This document shows positions 47,552-60,699 of a DNA stretch of 64,000 bases, in pieces. Source of the DNA: Lama glama (lineage: Eukaryota). Position 1 is the first letter of the stretch, and each line of letters opens with the position of its first letter. The DNA lies in NCBI GenBank assembly GCA_028534125.1, contig CM052827.1:67580001-67644000 (forward strand), written 5' to 3'. The position numbers and the translations under genes were made by a program. The notes under the pieces were generated by a model that ran no database searches, was not told the DNA's origin, and worked only from the letters and a program-made list of their open reading frames with translations.

Positions 47552-50159
47552 AAACGAGCAAATCCTGGGCCCTTCCACTCCTGTGTAGCCACCGAAGTTT
47601 AAAACACTGAGGTGGGAAGCTGCTCAGTGCCCCAGGGGTATTGAAACCACGTGTAACAGGCTTAAAACCAGCTTTTCTGGAGATAGAAGCGGGACCTTCC
47701 TCTTCCTGTATTCTCGCCTGAAAGATGCCCCGGCCTCTTCTACTCGAGCAGCTCCAACGACAGGAAACCTGCTGCCTTATGGGCGCTTTGGAACTGTATG
47801 CTTAGAGCAGGCGAGTGTTACTTTATAAAATTACGTCTCAGCAAAGCCATCGTGAGTGTGCTTTCATGGCACCGCGTTTTATTTGGGGAAGGAACAGTGT
47901 TTCTCACAGGGAAGTGCTTTTGGACTAAGCTGTGCAATTAGCCTCGCTACGTCATAACGCGGGTTCTGGCTTTGCTACGGGCCACTCAGCCTGAAGGCTA
48001 AGGCCTCTTCCACTGGCTTTGCATGCGGGGACAACAGGGCTGGGTCCACTTACTAGCTAAGCACCGCAGCAAATGCTCCCTCTCTCAGCTTCACTTCCTG
48101 ATCCACAGGGAGCGGGCGTGTTTCCTCTGCGGGGCTGCTAGGACTGGATCACCGTAAGATGCTCAGGGAAGAACCCTTCCTTCCCTTCCCCATAAAAGTG
48201 GCGTGCCGGTCTTCCCCCAGGTTCTCCTTCCTCAGGCTGAACACCCACGAGGCTCAGCAACGCACAGGCACTCGGTGATTCCTCACGGGCACGTGGCTTC
48301 CCTCCTCACCACTCCAGTTCTCCTCTCGGCACTCGGTAGATCTGACAGCATCCGCGGTGGCCTCTCTTCCAGAGCACCAGCGGAGTCCGGCACGGTGAAC
48401 GTGGTATACCAGCAACTGCTCACCGGCTCCTGTTTAATGTTCTCCGAGCCCAGTATCAGTTCCCTCTCGGTATCAGTTGCCTGTGGGCACCACACCACCT
48501 ACAGAGGTCCAGCCGCATTTCAGAGGCAGGGAGTCATCACGCGTCAGCGCCGCAGGGGGAAGCGTGAGAGCTGCTGGGGCTCCTTCCGTCACCTGCTGCG
48601 CAGGAGGGCCTCCGTGCTGCTCCTCTGCCCTACGCCCCCAGGGCCGGGCACAGGCCGCGCCGCGCCTTACCCCATCTCTGACCTCGGCACGTCTGCCCAG
48701 CCCTTTTTTATCTACGATTTTGACTTGGCAGCGTAAAACTGCAGAAATCAGAGACCTGGCAAAGGCAGACAGTGTCAAGGCACGGCGCGCTCTCTCAGGG
48801 CAAGCCGCGTGATCGCGGGCACAGCATTAACGCTCTGAGTATCAGCGTCCTCCTCTGAAAATGGGAACACAGCACCTTCCTGCCAGGGTTACGACGAAAA
48901 TCAAACGTTACCTCAGACGCACAAGCCGACGCCCAGTGCGTGCTCGCTGTCCCGAAGGCAGAAGTTACAAGCCCCGCTGTCACCGCTGCGGGTGGCAGTT
49001 TCCCCCTCAGGCCGGCCTCTGTCCTGGACGCTGATCTGCTCCACGAGGAGCCTGGCCTACCTGCCCCGTTCCTGTCACCTCCGTCCTCCAGGAAAGCTAA
49101 AACCCTGCCCTGAGGCCAGGGCTTCCCCTGCCTGGCCCTTCCTCACTGCCTCCCTCCCTCCGAGCCCCGGGCTGTGGGCTTCCCGTCAGCACCTGCCCGA
49201 AGCGAGCTGCCATTCAGACCTGGGTTCTAGGTCCTGCTTGGCCACCCGCCACGTGACCTTGGGCCAGCCACACGGACCTTTCGGATCTCTGTTCCCCTTC
49301 TAATGACGGCCTCAGACAACATGACCTAAAATTACACAGATCAGCCCTGTTCACGTCAAACTAAACTAAAAGAAACTAAAGACAAGCTGGAGAAAGAACA
49401 GGTGCGTCTTCATGTGAACTCTTCACATCAACACAGATGCTACTCAGAAGATATGTGTGCTGTACAGAAAAAAGTGTCTGCGGAATACACACGTTTACAT
49501 GGTTTCAGAGCTCGCCCAGGCTCAAGTTGCCTTTGAAATTTAAGCAGATACTTGAGACAAAATTACCTAGCTGTGAACTTTTCTAAGCTGTTTGCTTGTT
49601 TGAGAAAACATACCAAGTCTGTCAAGTGTGTAAATGCAGAGAGATTCAGAACTCCTGTCAAGTAAGAAAAACAAACAAATGTGAACGCCTTCTAACAAAG
49701 CTCTCGCTTTCCACTGCGCGCCCCTGAAAAGGCTCGGGAAACAGCTTCCGTCGCCTCACTTACGCCAAGTCCGCAGTCATCAGGTCTTCAGTTTACAAAC
49801 CAAGTGCACGCTTCAAGGCAGTGTTCCACACTCGCTATTAACGCACCCAAAACAATACCCATTACAGTACAGATGGCTTTCTACTTAGGACGCATCACCG
49901 CATCCAGCCTGGGGAGAGGCGCGCGCTGGGAACACCAGGAGCGTTCTTACCAACCCTCGAGCATCCAGAACTTCCAATATTTTGTTTCGTTTTCAGATGA
50001 GACTTTGTTCCTGGGGAAATGCGCTAGTTCTCTTCCTGCAATTCTGTTCTAACTTTTTTTCTAGTATCTGAGAAACAATGTCAAATTTTAAGTATAAAAT
50101 TAGACAATTTCTAGAAAAAAAAGCAACAAGTATCTCTGTCAAGTAACTGGAAGTTACAA

Positions 50160-50520
50160 CCATGTTCCAGCTGACTGGCCACCCTTCTGGTCTTTGAACA
50201 TGTTAAACTCACATGCCTCAGGCCCTTTGCACTTGCTCTTCCCTCTGCAGGACTATTCCTCCCCTGAGCTTCTCATAGCTCCTTTGTCGTATCATTCAGA
50301 CCCTAGCTCCACTATCAGCTCTTCACTGAGGCCTCTCCTGATTAGTCACCACCCTACTTTGCATCTTCATAGCTTCTAAAATTATTTGAAACATGCTCTC
50401 ATTTACACTTTTGTTTGCCTATAAGCCAGGAACTCATGTATTTTGTTCACACTATACACTTGGAACAGTGTCTGTCATACAGTAGATGTTCCATAAAAAT
50501 AAGATTAATGAATGAATGTG
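50160..50520 (+). mobile_element. L2 3' end
   Basis: gcctcaggccctttgcacttgctcttccctctgc...tattttgttcac...aacagtgtctgtcatacagtagatgttccataaa...aatgaatgaatg. Confidence 0.85.
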
Positions 50521-50769
50521 TGAGAGAAAAAATTACACAGATGTCAGTGAAATGCCACAAAGAACATGTAATTTTAAATCAGCTATGTCTCGTCAAATCT
50601 TACTGTTCTGCGCCGTGGTAAAGAATACCAGAGACAGTCCACCTTATTTTCAGAAAAGGCTTCCACTGCATCTGGAGAGTGCTGAACAGCGTCAGGAGCC
50701 TTCCTGGTGTACTTGGTCCTGGCTTATCTCACACTGTCATCAATCACTTGGAGGGAGAAAGAAAATGTA

Positions 50770-51060
50770 TAGCTTGCACTAAGCTGAAAAGATAGCGAAC
50801 GGGCTAGAGAACAGAATTAGGTCCTGGAAAGATCTCCGTTGTTGAAAAGGCAGGCTAAACAAACAAGCTGGGATTTAATAGGGATCAGTCTAAAGCCTTG
50901 AACTTAACTGAAAAATTCAAGAGCAGAGAGATGGCGTTCGGGACACCTAGCTTAAGAGCTACAGCACCTGTGAAAAAGCCGTTTTGATCTTTGGCTGTGA
51001 GCTTTATGTAGGGCAGGAACATGGCCTGGCTATCGAAGAGCCACGATCAGCCAGTGAAAC
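50770..51060 (+). mobile_element. L3/CR1 remnant
   Basis: aaacaagctgggatttaatagggatcagtctaaagccttgaactta...cacctgtgaaaaagcc matches the L3 RT region. Confidence 0.6.
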
Positions 51061-51499
51061 AGAACAACGTGGCATGATCAGGAGGGACGAACCAGGGTTA
51101 CAGAGACTCTAAAACCAAATTATTTCGTTCACATTTCTGAGCACTTATGACGTGACTGGCATCGCACACAGAAGTGGAGATGCAGGGGTAAGAGCCCACA
51201 GGTCTAGTGCGGGAGAGAGAAAACCCAGAATGACCACAGAGGGCGGGAAGGACGATGGCAGAAGGGCAGACTGTAAGTTACAGGAACACGGAGTTACCCA
51301 GTCCACACAGGCTGCAGACGGTTCCGCAGAGAAGAAAACTCTTGGGGACAAAGTACCTAATTCAGTGGCTGTTGTGAAAGCAAGTGAAACCCAGAGCTCA
51401 GCGCAGCGCCAGGCACGCGGCACGTCGCAGCAACAACGCTGGGCACTGCTGCTGCCATCGCCTGGTAACTGCTGTGGGCCAGAATCGCTGACGGACCTA

Positions 51500-52430
51500 C
51501 AACTGGCGGGCAAGAGTATGACGAGAAACGGGGTATCTGCGTGGTCTCAAAGTACCACTGAGACGCCTGTTACAGAAGGAAAAGTAGCAACTTTACAGTA
51601 GGGAAACCTGGCAGACACCACCCTGACCAAGAGGTCGAAGTTCACATCTCCAGTGATGAGACAATCGACACCACATGCCCTGTGCCCTGACGGACTGGGA
51701 AGGGCACACCCCTTCTGTGACAAGCCTGCCAAAAATACACAACCCTGCTCTAAACATGAGAAAACAGTCAAAACTCCCATCCAAGGACAGCGTGTAAAAC
51801 AACCGGTCGATACGCTTTAAGTGTCATGAAAGACAAAAAGAAAAACGGAGGCGCTATCACAGAACGGGGGTGACGGAGTGCCAGGTGTGATCTGGGGCTG
51901 GATCCAAAACAAAAAAAAGGACATTCACAGAACAACTGGTGTATCAGTAATTACCTTAAATGTAAATGGATTAAACACTCCACCCAAAAGACACAGACTG
52001 GCTGAATGGATACAAAAACAAGTAAATATGCTGTCTGCAAGAGACCCACCCCAGAGCTGAAGACCCACGCAGGCTCAACATGAGGGGACGGGAAAAATAT
52101 TCCACGCAAACGGAAAGCAAAAGAAAGCTGGAGCAGCAGTTCTTAAATCAGACAAAACTGACTTTCAAATAAAGACTGTTACAAAAGACAAAGAAGGACA
52201 CTACGTAGCGCTCAAGGGATCAATCCAAGAAAAGCTGGCAACATTCAAACAAGGTCTGCAGCTTAATCGTACTGTGAGTGTTAATTTCCCGGTTTCTGTC
52301 ATTGTGCTATGTTAGGTAAGACACTTGACATTGGGGGAAGCTGGGCACAGAGTATTTGAGAACTTTCTGAGTCTATTTTTGTGACTTTTCCTTGAAAGTC
52401 TAAAAGTATTTCAAAATAAAATGTTAAGAG
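51500..52430 (+). mobile_element. L1MC-like 3' region, interrupted at 51941-52230
   Basis: gcaactttacagtagggaaacctggcagacaccacc...aaacatgagaaaac...; ...gggggaagctggg...gtctaaaagtatttcaaaataaaatgtt. Confidence 0.8.
51941..52230 (+). mobile_element. Internal L1 ORF2 endonuclease-domain fragment (frameshifted)
   Basis: Encodes SVITLNVNGLNTPPKRHRLAEWIQKQ, then after frameshifts CCLQETH and HANGKQKKAGAAVLKSDKTDFQIKTVTKDKEGHY. No polyA. Confidence 0.9.
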
Positions 52431-52794
52431 AAAGTGGATGTACCTGAGCCAGGAGCCAGAGACTCTGCCAGGAGACAAAAAGGAATGAGGAGGGACCTGA
52501 ATCCTGAATCCTGGGACTCCCAGGACAAACGACGTCAGGAAGATGGAAGGGAGGACAGAGCACATACAGAGCCTGGGGCTAGAAATACCAAAAAGCCGGC
52601 CCTGAGCAGAGAATGTGGTGAGAGCCGCTCTGCGTTAAATGGAACACGGGGAGAGCTGGACCTGTTCTGGGTGACTCAGCTCCTATGTGAACTTCAGCCG
52701 GCACAGCTCGGTGGCAGGGAGGCCCACGGGCTCCTGGGGTGTGGTGTGCAAGGACCCCTGCGATGCTTCTGAGGTCCTGGTACCTTCTTCCCCC

Positions 52795-54330
52795 TTCAGC
52801 CTTTTACTCTGGAACGGTTTCAGATTCACAGGAAAGCCGTGAGGCTGCTGCCGAGGGCCTGAGCAGCCCTCACGCCTGGCTTTCCCGGTTATTAACGCCT
52901 GGCCTTGGCGTCACATTTGCCACAATTAACGAGCCAACGTCAGTCCATTGTCATTCATTAAAGTTTATGCTTTTTGCAGGTTTTCCTGCCATTTGCGTCG
53001 CGTCCTCCTCCTGTCCCAGGACCTCGCAGTACGTTCAGCAGTTCTGGCTCCTCAGGCTCCTCTGGGCTGCGACCGCGGCTCAGACCTTCCCTGTGTTTTG
53101 ATGACCCTGACAGTGGGAGGAGTGCTGGTCAGGTACGTACAGCGCGTCCCTCAGCTGAGATTTGTCTCATGCTTTTCTCATGATTAGTCTGAATTACGGG
53201 TTTGGGGGAGGAAGACCCCAGAGGTAAAGTGCTCTTTTCGTTACGTCGTATCGCGGAGAAGTACTGCCACGGCTTGTCCCTGTGTTGGCGTGGACCGTGA
53301 CCAGATGGCCGAGGTGGTCACTGTGAGCTCTGCCTGCTTTTCGTGCTGCTCTCCTTGGAGGGCAGTCACTATGCAAATCCCACACCTGGGATTACGCTCC
53401 ACCTCCTCAAGGGCAGAGGGTCTGGTTAAACCATTTGCGATCTTCCTGCACAGATGTGTTTATGCTCCCTGCTTCTTTATTCAGTCACTTCCTTACATCA
53501 GGATGGATTCATGAGTATTTATCTTATACTTTGGGTCATAACTCATTACTACTTTATTTTGCTGCTCAGATTGTTTCATCTTTGGCCATTGGACCTATTT
53601 CAATTAACTCCTGTGCACCTTTGACGAAACCCCACCATTGTGGGCTTCGTGAGCACTTCTTCACTTCCCAGGGCACCAAGGGGCTCTGGGTTCTGCCGAT
53701 TCCCTGCCCCAGCCCTGGAGCCTGCCGTTCTGCAGAGGGCCCGGTTCCTTTCACTAGAAAAGGCACGAGAAGCCACAGTCCGGGTGCAAGGCGTGCTCTT
53801 GCTCTGGGGAGTCACTGCCGCCAGGCCCTCAGCTGACAGAGCAAAGAACACGTTGCTACAGTAACGCATCCTGCACACTTGTCAACACATACTCCGTACA
53901 GCTTTATCTGTAGTTTAGCTTAATGCTGTGTACACGAATCCACACTGATGGCTCCAACTGTAACCCATTTCCGCGTGGACCACACGGATCACTCCTCTCA
54001 CTTACCTGTCACCTCCCACTCCTGGCCCCACCGCCCACTCTCCAGTTACTTCATTTTTCTAGTCTAGTATATATACAGTAGCTCCAGATTCACTAACCTG
54101 AACCCTCACCCTCATGGGAAGTGACTTTTCAAACAGGCTTGATGAAGCACTTGTGTGCAGCTCCTTCGCTTTAGTCTTGCCGTCCCCACTCTCTCCTGAG
54201 TGATGCAGGTCAGCATCCTTCTCACCCGTGCCCTTCAGTGGGTTTATTTAATACTTTGTAACACAGATTCTTCAGTCACAGTCTGAATTCCATCCTGAGA
54301 TCCTCCAAACCCCTAAATGTCACGTGTCCC
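52795..54330 (-). mobile_element. L1MC/L1MD-like 3' region
   Basis: ggtttcagattcacaggaaag...acatttgccacaattaacgagccaac...tttctcatgattagtctg...gggtttgggggaggaagaccccagaggtaaagtgc. Confidence 0.8.
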
Positions 54331-54451
54331 TTGGGCCTCATCCTTCTGTCTCCTCCGGAATCATCAGACCATCAACTCAGGCTACGGTCAGTCCACTCAT
54401 CCCTAAGAATTCTTTCCCTCGTCAACTTGTGGCTCCTAATCTGTCATTAGC

Positions 54452-54490
54452 CAAAAAACAAACAAACAAACAAACAAACAAACAAAAAAC
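54452..54490. repeat. (CAAA)n microsatellite
   Basis: aaaaaacaaacaaacaaacaaacaaacaaacaaaaaac. Confidence 0.95.
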
Positions 54491-54659
54491 CACCAAACAG
54501 ATGCGTTCTGCTAGCATTATAAATAAAACAAGAATAAGCAGGTAGTGCACGAGGGCCTGAGATGTTCCTCTACGCCAGCCTACGGGGGGTCCTGGCAGCC
54601 ACTGCTCAGGGCTCTCTGTCCTGTCCCACTTTTTAAGTCAATGATGTTGTTGCAGAAGA

Positions 54660-55010
54660 AGTTTGGATTGCATTAAGCCTAAGAGGATAGCGAACGGTAC
54701 AGAAAAAGAATTGGGAGTAAAAACACATAGCAGTCTGGAAGTTGGGCCAAAAGAGGTTAGATTCAGCAGGCATCAAGTTAAATAATTTAGTTCAAACAGT
54801 TCGAGAGCACAGATCGGGTAAGGAAACCGGCTTGCCAACTGCACCTATGAGAAAGACGTCGACGTTTCTGTAGACTGAGGGCTCAGCATGAAGCAAAGAT
54901 GAGACGTGGCCACCGAACAAACGTCACCAGGAGGGCAGTGACCGGGACGGGGAGGAGACGGTCCCCCTCATCCCAGCGCTCTTCAGATCACGCCTGCCGC
55001 ACCGCGTCCC
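54660..55010 (+). mobile_element. L3/CR1 remnant
   Basis: gtctggaagttgggcc...cctatgagaaagac...gctcagcatgaagcaaagatgagacgtggcc...cagcgctcttcagatcacgcctg. Confidence 0.55.
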
Positions 55011-56730
55011 GCCAGCACAACTGCTAGATGAACCAGCGTCGTGAAGGGCCTGGGGACACTAACTCACCAGGCATTCAGTGAGTATTGTGACCTATTCAAG
55101 GTGTTACAAAATGTGCTAGTATCCAGGGGTGGTAGTGGTGAAAATAACAACAGAGAAAATAACCAACTTACCGTGTCCCACGTGTTGCTTGGAGCACTTT
55201 CTATACGTTAATTAATCTAACCAGGTGACTTACTTTGCTTCTTGGTAAGTTGCCCAGGTATCTGAGGCTCCCGCGTTTCTGCCCACGAGGGAACAGTCAC
55301 TATACTCAACAGGCTGCATTTAATCAACTATTCTACAGTTTATGCCACGTGCTTTTCCCCGTTTTTCTTCTTTCAAAATGTTTAAGTAATTAAACACCAA
55401 ATTGGCACACGCCTGTCATTACCTGGCATAACTTTTTAAAAGTGACTTTTTGATTATAAAGTTAATAACACTCAACAAAGAGAAACCGGAGAATACAGAC
55501 ACAGAGAGGGAAGAGGAAGAAACGAAACAAAGCAGGTAATCTCCCGACCGCTGCATCCACCTGCGGTGTTTCGCCTCCACTTTCTGCTATGAATACACGT
55601 GTGGGTTTCGTTTTACACTGAAGCTATCGTAACTGCATACGCACATTTGTACTCGACCTGGTTAACCTGACGAGCATTTTCCCCTTTTACTAAATGAGCT
55701 GCGTTGCTGTCGGTTTGTGGGCTGTGAACATGCCGTATGTTTCAAGACAACACCAAGGAAGATGTTTCCTCCTCCGCCCGTTTTGAATCACTTGTTACCA
55801 GCCGATCGCTGTAAGGATTCTATAAAGACGCTGTCTCTGTAAGTGAACGCAGCCTTTTAATCGTCGCCATGATTTAAGGAGCACTTACCTTACTGAATAA
55901 GGAGAAGTTTTACTGGGTGAGCTAGCCCAGCGCTACCAGAGCCCCCCGCCCCACGTCGTGCACCTTTAAGAAGAAACTCAGACAAAAAAGGAAACCCTGA
56001 CTCTGAGGGCCGCGCCCTCGGCAGCTACAAAGGCCGGCGGCCCAGGCCTCTGGAGTAAGGGCTGTGTCTCCCACTCTTCGGAGAAGGAACGAATTGGCAA
56101 GAAGAGAGGATCGTGGGATATCTGAGATGCTCCCACCTGCCGGCGGTGAGGCACCAGGCTCCAGAAGGTGGGAGAGAACGCGAAAGATGAACGAAATTCA
56201 CTGGGGGGAGAGCGACACAGAACAGAGCTCCCCACTAATGTCCCTCTCAGCTTGCCCTCCGAGGCAGAGGGACGGAGGGAAGGACGAAGTCAGCGAGGCC
56301 ACACAGCCCAACAATCAGCGTGATTTCAGCCGTGAGGACCAAGCAGCACCGCATCTGCCCACGTGTCCAAGAAGCCCCTGGCGACGCCTGAAGGAGGGGA
56401 CTCCTGCCAGTTCCGCCTCCACAGCCTGTGGTCCGAAGCCTTGGTCTGAGGAGCTGCGGTCCCCAGCAGAGACAGACGGTGCCCTGCCCTCACGCCTAAG
56501 CAGGATGCATTTACTCCACAGAGAGACGGTGAATCCAGCAACAGCAAAAGGAGGATTCTCTGAGGGGTCTAGAAAAATGCTTCCTAGCGCACGTCAGCTG
56601 GAAACTCTTTGCCTCCTGCCCTTCCAAATCCCCTTCCTCTGCAGTCTGACGCCCTGGTACCCCCCCTGCCGGGCGGCAGTGACCCCCAGGAAGGGGATGC
56701 ATCCCAGCACTGTCAGAAGAGTGACCATCA

Positions 56731-56766
56731 TGATTATAAATCAATAAAAAATGTTAAAAAAAAAAA
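56731..56766 (+). mobile_element. Minimal young L1 insertion: 25 nt of 3' end plus polyA, with 16-bp TSD
   Basis: tgattataaatcaataaaaaatgtt is the exact reverse complement of 6909-6933. TSD agaagagtgaccatca at 56715-56730 and 56767-56782. Confidence 0.95.
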
Positions 56767-57374
56767 AGAAGAGTGACCATCAAGGCAGAGACGAGACGGG
56801 AGGCGGAGAGATGTGTGCCAAGAAGGGAAGTTCCTCCTCATGTGTTAGATGAAAGGTGTGTTTCTGGGCCCTCATGTTTCTTTCATGACCACCGACACAC
56901 ACACACGTACACGCGCACCTTAGAGCATAAACAACGCTGTGCGGAGACCAGCACGCGCAAGGTCGCAGAGGCGACGCTGAGCCCGCCGGATGCCTCAGGT
57001 CAAGATGCCTGGTGTGACTGCAGCAAACAACTCGTACTGCGCGTCACACAAAATAAAGGCAAAGGTTAAGGGTTGGCTAGATTTCCGAGGACAACGCTGG
57101 ATTCCAGAGTTTGGTTTTACTCAGGAGCAACAGAGAGCAGTACAAATTCACAGGAACATGAAACTGGCCTTTAGAAGGCAGTCACACCACGCGCGCGTGA
57201 CCTCCTGGGCCTGGGGAGGGCGACGCGGAGCGGGCGGTGGGCGGAGGGGAGGTTGGGGGTCAAGGACTGGCCGGGAGGGGGGGCCGTGCCTCAGCTGGGA
57301 GGGGCCGAGCGCGGTGAGCATGGCATCAGGAGACGGAGGCAGAGAGCGCAAGCCTCACGGCCCACGAGGAGACC

Positions 57375-57498
57375 GGGAGTCGGGGTACAGCTCAGCGGTA
57401 GAGCGTGTGCTCGGCGTGCACGAGGGCCTGGGTTCAATCCCCAGGGCCTCCATCAAGGGGGGGAAATTTTAAAAATAAATAAATAAACAAACAAAAAA
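57375..57498 (+). mobile_element. tRNA-derived camelid-type SINE
   Basis: tacagctcagcggtagagcgtgtgc...ctgggttcaatcccc...(aaat)n tail, TSD aggagacc at 57367-57374 and 57499-57506. Confidence 0.9.
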
Positions 57499-60400
57499 AG
57501 GAGACCCTTGGTGGGAACTGTGACGGCCTGACACAGGGAACGCAGGGAAGGGAAGCTCGGCGACGCCAGGATCCGACAGCACAGGCCTCAGTGAGGGAGC
57601 GGCGCCAGCGATCGTGAGCCGCCAGGCCTTGCTGGTTCAGGCCGTGTCTGCGGGTCGTGAGCCCAGTTTCTCCCATTACCATGCCAGCTCTGAGAGGGAC
57701 TGTCTGGGGCGCTCCAGGACTCGCTGACGGTCACCCAGATGAAAGGGCTGGGATTTGAACCCATGTCTGTCCAACCCCGCACTGTTGCCTCCCCGGTGTC
57801 AAGGCCTGAGCAACAGAGCAGCCGCTCGTCACCACAAACTCTTACCTAAGCCAACACCGTCCCCTGGACACCTGTACCCACGCCGCTCTCCGCAGTCTGC
57901 AGCAGAGCATCGCGCCTGCGACTTCCGAGACGTGGATGTGAAGACTGACAGCACCTGGGGCTCTGGGAGCTGAGCAGATGGCAGGGCTTATTTTTACTGT
58001 CCCGTGGGCGTTTTCCTTCAGTGACTAACGTCAGGAAGCAGGAAGGGCTCCACACAGAGCCCCTCGCCCCAGCACGCCCCGAAGACGAGCTCGCGAGGCT
58101 CACGGTGAGGTCAGCCTCCTCTCCACCAAAACACACAGGGCGAGCTGCGTCTGTCCACGCGTCTGGGATTCCTGCCGAAGGCCCGTCCGCAGCTTCAGGT
58201 ACAGCCTGCAGCCCGACCGGATGCGTTCACGCAACACGCCCTGCTTTCTTCAGCAAGGACAAAGCAAGAAAGGTTGACCCGGAGCACACTCTAGCTAGCT
58301 GGTCTGCTTTCCCACACACTTTACCTGCAACGCATTAGCAATGACGAGTAAGCAAGAAACGGACCGAAGCAGCCACGCCCCGCCAGGCCCGGGCCCCTCG
58401 CTGAGCCGGATGCTGGCTGGGTGGCGCCGGCTTTCTGAAGGCACCTGGCTTTTCTAAAGCCCTCGCGTCTCCGCTGACAGGTTCACAGGCGGCCAGTGCC
58501 AAACGGGCCCTGAAGGGTTAGCTGACAGAGGGTAGCGCGCCCAGGCGCACCTCCTGCGCGGCTCGGTGTCCCCGTCACAGCGCTGGTACAAGTCAGGTGT
58601 GGAGCAGACGAGGGGAGCAGCGTCAGCCCCTTCTGGTTCTCCTTGCCTGTCCCCTTGCCCAGCTGAAACCTCTCGCTCAGCCGTTTGAACAGTGACCTCG
58701 AGGGCCCAGAATGCGCAGCCTCGGCCAGCTCCACCGCGAGCACCTCCCTCCAGCAGGGCCTGCTCATGGGCCCTGCCCTGCGCTGAGCAGGCCCCCAGAT
58801 CGCCCTCTCTCACCGTCTCAGAGTGACTGTGCTCCTCAGAAGCACTCCCCTTCTCCTACTGGTCCCCCAGCCTCCAGTCATGCTTGGGTCTCCCCACCCA
58901 GTTTAAAAAATACAGCTCTTTTATGTCAGTAAACTAGGGGGGAAAGTCCCTATTTTTGATCCTGTAACGCTTCCAATCTACCCATCACACTGCATCAAAG
59001 GTAGGTTCTGAAAGTACCCCCGGGAACAGCCCTTTAAAAGCTCTGCTGCTTACTAGGTAAAGTCTAAACTCCCCCGCCAGCATCGAAGCCCCTCCACTAT
59101 CCGCCTCCGCCCTTTCTCACCTCCCCACGCTCCCCACACGCCCGTGAGTGGCGTGGGCTGGGCTCTGTGAGCGGCTCGGGCCACCTCCTCCCTTCTCGTG
59201 TGGAACTGCCCCCTATTGTCCCAGGCCTGGCGCAGATGTGGCGTCTTCTGAAAGAACCGCTCTCTATTACAGCAACAAGCTAATTTCTGTCCTGCAACCC
59301 ACACTTTGCTGTCCATGATTCAACCAACATTTGTTCAGGACGTGGGCACCAGGGACTCTGCCGGGAACACAAAGACACTTGGAGTCTGAGATACAAACGA
59401 TCAGCGAACCATTTAAACAGTGGCAGGTGCTTCTGGAGGTACAGGACCGTGGCCTCCTCCCGACCCGGCCCCCAAGCAGGGCAGGGGCTGAGCCCCTTTC
59501 CTCAGCGTCCTCCTCATCACTGAACGCCCTGTGGACTCTCAAGCTATCTCGATTCATCTCAGTAAACACAACGGTCACTTGCCTGCTTCCCCTGGAGCAG
59601 GCCGACATTCATCTCTCTGCACTCCCAACAGCCAGCCCGGTGCGCGGCATGCCGCGGTCAGTCAGTCGAGGGACGAGTGCGAGGAAGGAGAGAAGCAAGA
59701 AGCCACCAGCATGACAGCGGGGACACCTGCCTCGTCACCTTGAGTCCCCGGGCGCAGGACAGGGTCTGGCCCATTGCGGGGACACAGCAAACTCGGAGCA
59801 AGTAACTACGGCCGCTTGGGGGACCCGTCGCTCAACCAACTGGCGGGTTTCTTGTCTCTCTCAGCGCAGCCGGAGAACCTCTGCTGGCAGGCTGAGGATG
59901 GGACTCCCCAGGGCTCCTCCCTCCCCAGCCCGGCCTCCCCTCCCAGCAGCTGCTGGGCAGAGCGGAGCCCCCGGCTCCCAAGACGCCACCCCAGCCCCCG
60001 GACAGGGCGCGGACGGAGCCTCATGAACAGCTCACAGGAAGGCGTAAAGTGACCACCAGGGCCAGTTCACGGCCAGAGGTACCCTCCCCGGGCCTGGCCG
60101 CTCCGGACCGAGGACCACTGGGCCAAGGACCACTGAGCTCGGTTACCAATTTGGAAATTAAAAGCAGAAGCTAAAAATAAAGTTCACTGTAACTGTTCAA
60201 GGTTAATGGGACGGAAACCACAAAGAATTGGGCCTGAGGGCAAGGCCCCCGGGTGGGGAGGCGCTCTGACTCAGCAGGAGGCCGCAGCCCTGTGCCTCTC
60301 AGAGCTGCCCTGTGTCTGGGGGCCATGCCGCACAACTCAGCACTTCACCTGCCTCCACCTCATGAGGCTTCAGATTCTTTCTTGAATAAGACAAGATACA

Positions 60401-60699
60401 GATGAAGTTTCATGGAGGTAAGTTTTATCTCCCTGACAGAAAGGAAAACCCTCAAGGGAAAAGGCGGTGGCCTGGAGGCCTGGATGCAACTGCCGCTGTG
60501 TTTGGTTGAGAACAAAAGTCGTCAGCTCCACGAGCTGGGAGACTGCACGTTAAAATCCGGACTCTCGTTTTTCTGAAACTGAAAGTTCACGCAGCCCGGA
60601 CCCTCACCCCCACAGTAATGACAGCCACAGCGGAGCTGTCCCTTTGAGAAGACCCCCGCCTGCCCGACACGCAGCCCCCGCCCTCTCCGTGTTTCTGAC

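Noticed and set aside
51500-53400. Tail-to-tail L1MC-like elements as a long inverted repeat or dsRNA source
   Set aside because: Independent ancient insertions that look too diverged for stable pairing.
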